Origin: a virus
Taxonomy: Duplodnaviria; Caudoviricetes
DNA: 37,837 nucleotides
IMG/VR virus record: IMGVR_UViG_3300034103_001120
Coordinates: 1-37,837 of that record
Strand: one strand, 5' to 3'
Shown here: piece after piece, positions 1 to 6,855 of the stretch
How the letters are laid out: every line of letters begins with the position of its first letter
How positions within the stretch are numbered: the first letter of the stretch is position 1
Position numbers and translations under genes: made by a program
The notes under the pieces: model-generated
Database searches by the model: none
Told to the model about the DNA's origin: nothing
Seen by the model: the letters and a program-made list of their open reading frames with translations, nothing else

Positions 1-438
<438 letters not shown>

Positions 439-441
<3 letters not shown>

Positions 442-485
442 TGTTCTACAGGTGATGTTGATCTATCCATGGCAAGGCGTAATAT
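439..485 (+). promoter_or_regulatory. Putative promoter TTGATC-N16-TAATAT with upstream TAGTGTT-N5-GGTGATGTTG element
   Basis: Same architecture as 37304-37350; lies in the intergenic gap before ORF 523. Confidence 0.55.
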
Positions 486-522
486 CTCCACATGGCCGGC
501 GCGGTGCCGGGGGAGAATGAAG

Positions 523-711
523 ATGAAGGGTTTCGACATCCGAGAGGGGCAGAATGGAACCGGCAAGATCATTGGGACCGTGCAAGCCAACACTCCGGCC
601 GGCGCAAAGCAGAGATGGCGCACTGTTGTTCGTGATCGTGACAATGACACGCTGGCCGGAAGCTATTGGCATATGCATTGCGTCCGCGAGACCGAAGGCG
701 GTGCGGCATGA
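523..711 (+). CDS. Hypothetical protein
   Basis: GGGGAG SD upstream; ATGA overlap with the next gene; start 517 or 523. Confidence 0.6.
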   Translation: MKGFDIREGQNGTGKIIGTVQANTPAGAKQRWRTVVRDRDNDTLAGSYWHMHCVRETEGGAA

Positions 712-941
712 GCGCGCCCGTGGGTGTACTTCACGCAATCGACCAAGCGGATACAGCGCTTGGAGTCGCCGGGCTTTCCGACGGCAACATTTTTCGCGCT
801 GAGCTTCGCGAAGCCCGCGATGCCGTGGCCGAGCTGATTGAGGCGGCAAATGAGGCAAAGAACGCATTGCGTGGCAGTTACGAGGCCCGCCACGCAGCAG
901 AAATCAATCTTCGCTCCGCGCTCGCGCGGGTCGGGGCCTAA
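708..941 (+). CDS. Hypothetical helical phage protein (…ARDAVAELIEAA…)
   Basis: ATGA coupling; AVAELI.A motif also seen in the ORFs at 30805 and 31101. Confidence 0.7.
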   Translation: MSAPVGVLHAIDQADTALGVAGLSDGNIFRAELREARDAVAELIEAANEAKNALRGSYEARHAAEINLRSALARVGA

Positions 942-1012
942 CTAAACACCGTGCAGGAGCGTAGCCGGCCTAGCGGCAAAACTAGGCACCTATTCCAACC
1001 AGTGAGGACAGT

Positions 1013-1198
1013 ATGAAGGCGTTGATCGCCATCGTCGTTATCGTGATTCTCTGCTATGTGGCCCACAACGCCATTCCGCAACAGGCGAAAGCGTGGGTTA
1101 TTCGCCACGGCCGAAACATCACGTTCTTTGTTTCCGCAGCGATCCTGCTTGCCATGATTGCCTATTTCAGCCCGATTAATCCGTATTTCCAACCGTGA
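1013..1198 (+). CDS. Small two-TM membrane protein
   Basis: GAGGA SD; two hydrophobic segments. Confidence 0.7.
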   Translation: MKALIAIVVIVILCYVAHNAIPQQAKAWVIRHGRNITFFVSAAILLAMIAYFSPINPYFQP

Positions 1199-1206
1199 GG
1201 CACGCA

Positions 1207-2040
1207 ATGAAACTCCGAATTTTCGCAACCATGATGACCCTCTTTCTTGCCGGCTGCACGCAGATCGATACCGGCAACGTCGGCGTAGAGAAAGCGTTTG
1301 GCAAGATCGATCCAGAGCCCAAGGTGCCGGGCGTGTATGCAACTGTGTTTGATTCAATCTATGAGGTGAGCACCAAAGAGGTGAGCTTTCCGATCAACGA
1401 CCTTTCGCCGAAGAGCAAGGACAATCTGACGCTAAAAGACCTTGATATTGATATTTATTTCAAGGTGTCCCCAGCGAAGATTCCCGGCCTCTACATCAAG
1501 TATCAGGGCGACTACGTACTGCATTCGCAGATCGTCGAAGGCGGCAACGATGTTGGAATCGTCGGCTACAATCGCGTTCTCAGGGCTGCGCGTGAGTCCG
1601 TATATGACGCCGTTTCTCGGTTCGATGCGACCACCATGCACACAAAGCGCGCAGAAATCAGCGAGGCAATACGCAAAAACCTGCAACGCGAACTCGAAAC
1701 ATCAGACCCCAACACCTTCACCGTTACGTCAATCAACGTCCGCAACCTGCTGACAGACCCCGCTATTGAAAAAGCGATCCAAGCTCGCGCGGCGACCGAT
1801 CAGGAAATTTCAAGAGCGCAGAAGCAAATCGAGCTTGCGAAGGCTCAAGCACAGATCAGGATCGAAGGCGCACGAGGGCAGGCTGAAGCCAATCGAATCC
1901 TTGGCGCGTCTCTCACCGGCAACGTGATGCAATTGCGGATGGCCGAACTACAGAGAGACACCATAGTTCAGTCGGCAAAGGCAGGGAATACCGTTATTTC
2001 AGGCAATGTCACACCGATGATCGTTGCAGGCCAGAAGTAA
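1207..2040 (+). CDS. SPFH/Band-7 (prohibitin/HflC-like) lipoprotein
   Basis: Lipobox FLAGC; IDTGNVGV..FG, SKDNL, INVRNL..DPAIEKAI and a C-terminal Ala/Gln coiled coil typical of SPFH proteins. Confidence 0.88.
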   Translation: MKLRIFATMMTLFLAGCTQIDTGNVGVEKAFGKIDPEPKVPGVYATVFDSIYEVSTKEVSFPINDLSPKSKDNLTLKDLDIDIYFKVSPAKIPGLYIKYQGDYVLHSQIVEGGNDVGIVGYNRVLRAARESVYDAVSRFDATTMHTKRAEISEAIRKNLQRELETSDPNTFTVTSINVRNLLTDPAIEKAIQARAATDQEISRAQKQIELAKAQAQIRIEGARGQAEANRILGASLTGNVMQLRMAELQRDTIVQSAKAGNTVISGNVTPMIVAGQK

Positions 2041-2121
2041 CCCCGCCACGAATCAAGGAGAGCGCCGAAGACAACCGAAACGGCCAGCATGAGCGCCGCA
2101 ACATGCACAGAGCAGCGTTAC

Positions 2122-2439
2122 GGGTGCCCGGTCCCAAGCCCGGGCACCTTCAAGGGATCGGATTCGGCGGTTGCAACGCTAGACGTATGCGGGGATCGGA
2201 AAGCGCGCCGGTACTATCGCATGCGAGACAGGGCCCCTCTACGGCCGCGTCGTCGAGTCCGATCCCTTGAGGGTGAATGCGCAGAAGGTGCCCACACGGG
2301 AGCGCACACAGTCAAAACGCGAGGGCTTGCAACCTCGGGAGGAAAGCATCTCCAAGCCCAGACGGCAGCAATGCGGGCGCTTGGCTGACGGAAGAACACG
2401 TGATGGTTCTACGCCGGGGTAGCGTCCGGCCACCCTCAA
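2122..2439 (+). ncRNA. Candidate structured ncRNA block 1 (minihelix, 25-bp stem, expanded tRNA-like cloverleaf)
   Basis: Hand-paired helices 2123-2131/2140-2148, 2145-2169/2251-2275, 2267-2275/2431-2439; T-arm-like GCCGG-8nt-CCGGC at 2413-2430. Confidence 0.65.
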
Positions 2440-2459
2440 ACCAAAAACAGGAGACGGAC

Positions 2460-2678
2460 ATGGCGAATACAATCGAAGTTCCGCTAGCCCATTACAAAGA
2501 ACTAGCCGAGTCCCACGCGAGGCTGCTGGAGGCTGCAAGGCTGGCGAAGGTCGATATCGATTACGTCCTGACCGCCCACCCGGAAATCACCGGCCTATGG
2601 GTTAGGAATGACGCAAAGAAAGAGCTGGATTCCGCCATCGCCGCAGCCCAGCAATTCACAACAGAGGGGGAGAAATGA
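2460..2678 (+). CDS. Hypothetical protein
   Basis: CAGGAG SD before ATG 2460; the longer 2277 start is unlikely. Confidence 0.75.
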   Translation: MANTIEVPLAHYKELAESHARLLEAARLAKVDIDYVLTAHPEITGLWVRNDAKKELDSAIAAAQQFTTEGEK

Positions 2679-3007
2679 CCATCAAGCCAGACACCTCGCT
2701 ATACCATAACCTGCCGGATAAGCTTAGGGCTCTTGCCTTAATTTTAGACCACCCAAATATTGAAGACAGACAGATTTTACTTCGAGGATCATGGGTGCAT
2801 GGCGGGACAGACACGTCGGCTGTGATCCGTTCTCTTGCTGATGAGAGTGATTTGAGAAGTTACCGCATCAAGCCCAAGCCCCGGGAAATATACCTTGCAT
2901 CGTTTACCGGGCACTTAGGCGCGCCGTACGACAGCAGAGAGGAGGCTGAGCGAGAAAACCCTGAGGCAACTCGAATCATTCGCTTCGTTGAAGCGGTTGA
3001 CGAGTAG
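2675..3007 (+). CDS. Hypothetical protein (YRIKPKPRE motif)
   Basis: ATGA coupling; the YRIKP motif is common in small phage proteins. Confidence 0.75.
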   Translation: MTIKPDTSLYHNLPDKLRALALILDHPNIEDRQILLRGSWVHGGTDTSAVIRSLADESDLRSYRIKPKPREIYLASFTGHLGAPYDSREEAERENPEATRIIRFVEAVDE

Positions 3008-3041
3008 CAGGAACTGAGCTAGATTCAAGTCTTCTGAGATT

Positions 3042-3120
3042 GCGGGTTGACTAGCGCAAGGGGCGCGCAACAGCCTTCCAAGCTGACGACCGCGGAGTTC
3101 GACTCTCCCAGCCCGCTCCA
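3042..3120 (+). tRNA. tRNA-Gly(TCC), atypical or degenerate
   Basis: Acceptor GCGGGTT/AGCCCGC, anticodon loop CTTCCAA, T-loop TTCGACT, discriminator T plus encoded CCA; D-arm is odd and the anticodon and T stems are only 4 bp. Confidence 0.75.
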
Positions 3121-3553
3121 ACGTTCCACCGGCCCTAGTGGCCGTAGCAATACCCCGGCGGCAACGCGTGACCGGCACGGCCTAGCCCCAGAAATGGGCT
3201 CCGGAGGTGATGCTTGCGGTTTCGACCGTCAAGAACCAGAGACGAGACTAGGCCCGGGGTTCCAAGCAATGCGGCTTGCGGCCTCTTGATTGAGGCGACT
3301 TGCAAGGCGAGGGTATATCTAAACCATGGTTAGTGCCGGTTCGACTCCGGCCCGCATTGTGCAATAAGGCGAGCATCGAGCGCCGTGACTCGATGCAATG
3401 CTGAGCCGACATTTAACTCGGCAGCCGGTGGAATTCCGGCGCAGTAAGGCGTTGCCCCGGCCATGCGGGGCGCTGTTTCAAGCGGTAAGGATTGGGCGTT
3501 CCCGGTCGCCGCTGTTCCACAACCCGCCCCAGCGCATCGGGGCGGCCTTATTC
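3121..3553 (+). ncRNA. Candidate structured ncRNA block 2 between the two tRNAs (several tRNA-like units)
   Basis: GNRA/UUCG tetraloop hairpins; closing stems 3152-3158/3254-3260 followed by TCCA, 3267-3274/3352-3359, 3363-3370/3545-3552; two GCCGG-7nt-CCGGC T-arm-like hairpins. Confidence 0.7.
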
Positions 3554-3628
3554 GCGGGGCTAGCTGAGATAGATTAGCGTCGGCCTGAAAAGCCGAAGAC
3601 GTTGGCGCGATACCAACGCCCTGCACCA
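3554..3628 (+). tRNA. tRNA-Phe(GAA) with non-canonical T-loop
   Basis: GCGGGGC/GCCCTGC acceptor, GCTG/TAGC D stem, TCGGC-CTGAAAA-GCCGA anticodon arm, GTTGG-CGCGATA-CCAAC T arm, ACCA end. Confidence 0.88.
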
Positions 3629-3630
3629 CT

Positions 3631-3861
3631 TCACCCCGCAGCCTCCCCCTGCGGTCCGAGGCCACAATCGACTCCCCCGGTTGTGGCCTCTTCTTTGGGG
3701 TATGCAGCCAACGCGGCTCCAATCGCAGCCTTGGGGCCGCCTAGCTTGGCGATCAGTGTTTCTAGGCTGGCGATTGCTTCAGGGCTGGTGAGGACGGTAG
3801 ACACCGGCCGACCCCTTGATCGGCGGGCGGCTTCGCGGGTTGCGGATTTCTTGGCGGTCAT
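3631..3861 (-). CDS. Small basic protein, possible DNA-binding regulator
   Basis: Basic N-terminus (RRSRGRP), then a short strand and two helices; AAGGA SD. Confidence 0.55.
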   Translation of the reverse strand: MTAKKSATREAARRSRGRPVSTVLTSPEAIASLETLIAKLGGPKAAIGAALAAYPKEEATTGGVDCGLGPQGEAAG

Positions 3862-3875
3862 GCGGTGTCAATCCT

Positions 3876-4082
3876 TCACTTTAGCAGTAGGTACCGATAG
3901 AGGGATCGGCTTTTTTTGTTGTCTCTATGCCAAGACCGAGAGGTTTCGATTTTGCTGTATGCGGCCTTGTTGACTTTGTAAGCCTTGCCGCTTTCTGTCA
4001 TTTCCTTGGCGATTGCTAAGTTATTTTTTGTGACCGCGACAATTCCTGTTGAGGTGTGCATTGAATCCCCGACTTCGATCAC
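3876..4082 (-). CDS. Hypothetical basic protein
   Basis: GTG start directly after the stop of the upstream gene; lower GC. Confidence 0.55.
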   Translation of the reverse strand: MIEVGDSMHTSTGIVAVTKNNLAIAKEMTESGKAYKVNKAAYSKIETSRSWHRDNKKSRSLYRYLLLK

Positions 4083-4325
4083 TTATGCGGCCTCGATGAT
4101 GTATTGAGTGCCCCAGCCGTAGGTTTTCATCGGGAAAAGAACAATGCCAGCGGCCTCAAGAACGGGGCGCGAGATGATGAGGTTAGCGACGGGGCCGGAA
4201 ACCGTACCAGCCGGCTTGCCGTAGCCGACGCACTTGACCGTGACGCCTGAGATAGAAGCTGCGCGCAGTGCGCGGTTGGCTTTGGCGGTCAGCGCGGAAG
4301 CGGTGTTCTGGCGGGCGGTTTTCAT
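4083..4325 (-). CDS. Hypothetical protein
   Basis: GGAG SD before ATG 4325; promoter just upstream. Confidence 0.7.
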   Translation of the reverse strand: MKTARQNTASALTAKANRALRAASISGVTVKCVGYGKPAGTVSGPVANLIISRPVLEAAGIVLFPMKTYGWGTQYIIEAA

Positions 4326-4352
4326 GTCTGCGTCTCCGTGGTTGATGTAGTA

Positions 4353-4380
4353 ATCATACATCGTCACGCGTGACAGTCAG
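4353..4380 (-). promoter_or_regulatory. Leftward promoter CTGACT-N16-TATGAT with palindromic operator GTCACGCGTGAC (4363-4374) in the spacer
   Basis: Perfect 12-bp palindrome between the -35 and -10 boxes. Confidence 0.6.
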
Positions 4381-4466
4381 CAGTTAGCCGACGAACGGTC
4401 GAGCTTGTAGAGGTTGATTCTTAACGCAACATATGCGCTAATAGTCCAAAGTGCCCCGAGGTCTAA

Positions 4467-4946
4467 ATGACGCCAGAACCGGACTATCTCATCGCCGCAC
4501 GTCGAGACATTGGGCAACGGGAAACCCTCGGGCCGAATGACTCGAAATGGATTCGGGGCATGTGGGCCAAGTTCAAGGCCGGTTGGCTGTTGGGCCAGCC
4601 GTGGTGTGGCGGAGCGGTCGCCAAGTGGCTTTCTGACTCCGGCTATCCCATCCCGAAACACTTTTATCGCGCGCTGGCGTGGGCCGATTACGGCGTCAGG
4701 CTTTCAGGCCCTAGGCAGGGCGCAATCGCTGTGCTGACTCGCAAAGGCGGCGGCCATGTGGGCATTGTGACTGGCGTTAGCCCTAACGGCTCGCATGTGC
4801 GCCTACTCGGGGGCAATCAAAACGACGCCATCAATGAATCGTGGTTCCCATCTGAGCGAATTACAGCCTACCGCGCGCCTGCTGGGGTATTGCTGGCGCA
4901 CACTGCCATTGCCCCGGTGGGCTCTATGTCTCGGAGCGAGGCATAA
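4467..4946 (+). CDS. Endolysin, TIGR02594-family (CHAP/NlpC-like) peptidoglycan peptidase
   Basis: PWCGGAV, GGGHVGIV and LLGGNQ motifs; first gene of the lysis cluster. Confidence 0.85.
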   Translation: MTPEPDYLIAARRDIGQRETLGPNDSKWIRGMWAKFKAGWLLGQPWCGGAVAKWLSDSGYPIPKHFYRALAWADYGVRLSGPRQGAIAVLTRKGGGHVGIVTGVSPNGSHVRLLGGNQNDAINESWFPSERITAYRAPAGVLLAHTAIAPVGSMSRSEA

Positions 4947-4949
4947 GCC

Positions 4950-5267
4950 ATGACTTTCGACGGCGTGACTGTGGCGATTATCCTTGGGCTTTGCAATCTC
5001 CTAGTTGCTCCCTTCGTCGGGTACATTTTCCGTTTCGGGAAGGCCTTGGAGACTAGGCAGATTGCCGACAATGCGGCTCGGGAAAAGGAAATCACTGCAC
5101 TGGGGCACAAAATGGAGTTAGCAGCGCAGCGGGTCGAAAATAGCCAACAGTTGTCTCATAGAGACATGACAGAATTGAAAGAAAAGGTTAATGGGCTGAC
5201 TACTCTGCTTAGCCCGTTGATCGACAGGCTTGGGCTGCATATCCCGGCGACGATGGAGCATCGATGA
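4950..5267 (+). CDS. Single-TM coiled-coil membrane protein (holin/antiholin candidate)
   Basis: N-terminal TM helix, coiled coil, lysis-cluster position. Confidence 0.6.
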   Translation: MTFDGVTVAIILGLCNLLVAPFVGYIFRFGKALETRQIADNAAREKEITALGHKMELAAQRVENSQQLSHRDMTELKEKVNGLTTLLSPLIDRLGLHIPATMEHR

Positions 5268-5656
5268 CACAGGCGCAACAGGGGGAGTTCCGGGAGCTAA
5301 TCGAGGCAATGCGGGAGCTTGTCCCGCTGCTGACCCGAATAGTCGAAATGCCAATTAGTCACCATCCGCAGGCTGGGCAAGTGCAGCAAGTTACGCTGCC
5401 GCCTCAGTTGCCGCCCGTATCCAAGGGTGAGCGTGCCGCATGGTTTGCGGCGATGGTGACGGTGCTGGCATTGGCGGTTGTTGTAATGCAGGGCCAGCGT
5501 ATCAGCGATATGCGCGCAGCCATGACTGCCGAAGCCGCGCAGCGCGATGCGCATGAAGCGTGGGCACGCGAAGAGTCCAACATCACGCGAGGCTACATCT
5601 GGACCGGGAAAGTGCCGGTTGCTAACCCTTACCCGAAGCCGGAGACGCAAAAATGA
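5264..5656 (+). CDS. Single-TM membrane protein in the lysis cluster
   Basis: Central TM segment AAWFAAMVTVLALAVVVM; ATGA coupling. Confidence 0.6.
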   Translation: MTQAQQGEFRELIEAMRELVPLLTRIVEMPISHHPQAGQVQQVTLPPQLPPVSKGERAAWFAAMVTVLALAVVVMQGQRISDMRAAMTAEAAQRDAHEAWAREESNITRGYIWTGKVPVANPYPKPETQK

Positions 5657-5946
5657 CTGGACCGCAGACTGAAGGCGAAGAGGAGGAGGTCATCATCAAG
5701 ACCCCGCCTAAGAAAGTCCTAGGCTTTGCCCTTACCTCCGACCCGTTGAAATGGTGGAAGAAGTGGTCAACGTGGTGCGGCTGGGTTGCGGCCGGTTGCG
5801 CTGGTTCGCTTGGCTTCTACGCTCTGGCCCCGGCGCGCGCTCAGGCGCTGGTCCCTGACGCTGCGCTGGTGACCGTCATGGTACTGGGCATGCTGTCTGG
5901 TTTCGCGGTCGCAGTGGCGACAAAGATTCGGCAGCCGCAGCCATGA
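5653..5946 (+). CDS. Putative holin
   Basis: WWKKWSTW followed by two TM segments and a ...KIRQP end, a common holin-like pattern. Confidence 0.65.
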   Translation: MTGPQTEGEEEEVIIKTPPKKVLGFALTSDPLKWWKKWSTWCGWVAAGCAGSLGFYALAPARAQALVPDAALVTVMVLGMLSGFAVAVATKIRQPQP

Positions 5947-6257
5947 TCGAGATTCTAATTCTGTTGATCGGTTGGCATGCCTTGGCGGATTATCCGCTAC
6001 AGGGCGACTTCTTGGCCAAAGCCAAAAATTCGACAGCCCCAATCCACGGCGTTCCGTGGTGGCAGGCGCTAGGGGCTCACAGTGCGATTCATGCAGTAGG
6101 CGTTATGGTAATAACAGGTTCCCCATTGCTAGCCTGTATCGAGTTTGTCGGCCATGCGTTGACGGATTGGGCGAAATGCACGGGAAAAATCGGATTTAAC
6201 ACTGATCAAGCCGTACACGTCGCGATGAAGGTCGGCTATGTCTGGTGGCTGTCATGA
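5943..6257 (+). CDS. DUF3307-family membrane protein
   Basis: H.LADYPLQ, AH..IH, H...DWAK and DQ..H motifs. Confidence 0.8.
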   Translation: MIEILILLIGWHALADYPLQGDFLAKAKNSTAPIHGVPWWQALGAHSAIHAVGVMVITGSPLLACIEFVGHALTDWAKCTGKIGFNTDQAVHVAMKVGYVWWLS

Positions 6258-6763
6258 ACCCTCTAGCCCCCTACATGCTATGGATCAAGGCCGGCGCAGC
6301 GATTGCGCTGGTTCTCGCTATTTGGTTCCACGGCCGCAGCAATGGGAAAGAGGCGGGGGAACGCGAGGTCGCCAGCCTACAGGCCGAATACGCCCAAGCA
6401 AAGGCAGAGTCGGCCGCTCGGCTCGCCTACCTGTCCGAACAAGCCCGAGTTAAGGAACAGCAGTGGTCCGAGGACCTTGCTATAATCGCTGCAAAGTTGG
6501 AAGACGATAAACAGAGGGTGGCCGATGAAACGAAACAGTCTGTGCTTGCTGACATTCGCAATGGCCGTCTCCGGGTGCGCCTCCCGTCCTGTTCAGGAGT
6601 GTCCGCCGCCTCTCAAGATTCCACCGGTCCCGGCGTCGATCATGGCCAAGCCGGAAGCGGAGCAGAAATTGCGGCAGCTGCTATTGGAATCGGTGCCGAA
6701 GCCGACGCCCGCCTTGCCGCCTGCCAAGCCGCGCACACAGCCATAAGGGGGCCAAGACCATGA
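6254..6763 (+). CDS. Rz-like inner-membrane spanin
   Basis: N-terminal TM helix, coiled coil, G.LRVRLP.C and LAACQA. Confidence 0.85.
   Translation: MNPLAPYMLWIKAGAAIALVLAIWFHGRSNGKEAGEREVASLQAEYAQAKAESAARLAYLSEQARVKEQQWSEDLAIIAAKLEDDKQRVADETKQSVLADIRNGRLRVRLPSCSGVSAASQDSTGPGVDHGQAGSGAEIAAAAIGIGAEADARLAACQAAHTAIRGPRP
6525..6746 (+). CDS. Rz1-like outer-membrane spanin lipoprotein, embedded in Rz
   Basis: Signal peptide with lipobox VSGC; Pro-rich mature part; alternative frame fully inside Rz. Confidence 0.85.
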   Translation: MKRNSLCLLTFAMAVSGCASRPVQECPPPLKIPPVPASIMAKPEAEQKLRQLLLESVPKPTPALPPAKPRTQP

Positions 6764-6855
6764 GTCGTCGAATCATCATCAACGCCGCCGCATTGCTTGG
6801 CGGTTGCGCCATTGGGGCTGGATTAGTCCTGATCTTGGTAGGGTCCTCACTGTGA
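6760..6855 (+). CDS. 31-aa hydrophobic peptide MSRRIIINAAALLGGCAIGAGLVLILVGSSL
   Basis: ATGA overlap with the Rz stop and GTGA overlap with the next gene; below the ORF-track cutoff. Confidence 0.45.
   Translation: MSRRIIINAAALLGGCAIGAGLVLILVGSSL

Noticed and set aside
2104-2148. Twister ribozyme (CCGGTCCCAAGCCCGG resembles the twister P4/L4 segment)
   Set aside because: I could not build P1 with the UAA cleavage strand or the GAG-GG pseudoknot partner, and the segment extends into a plain 9-bp hairpin; a cmscan against Rfam twister models would settle it
2089-2388. 99-aa ORF, the 2277 extension, and ORFs 3047-3289 and 3330-3722
   Set aside because: No good SD or recognisable protein features; they overlap tRNAs or strongly paired RNA
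3121-3200. tRNA-associated HDV-like (theta) ribozyme after tRNA-Gly
   Set aside because: No nested double-pseudoknot P1/P2/P3 pattern could be paired by hand
3205-3250. Hammerhead ribozyme (TGATG...GACGAGAC)
   Set aside because: Lacks the CUGAnGA and GAAA core in the right arrangement
3267-3360. tRNA-Met/Ile(CAT) from the loop ACCATGG
   Set aside because: No U33, no D arm, 4-bp stem and no CCA; kept only as a tRNA-like unit
3042-3628. attP or prophage boundary at the tRNA genes
   Set aside because: No integrase, no duplicated tRNA 3' end and no host genes in the window
4405-4445. Late promoter for the lysis/structural operon
   Set aside because: TTGATT is present, but there is no -10 box at a 16-18 nt spacing that I can support
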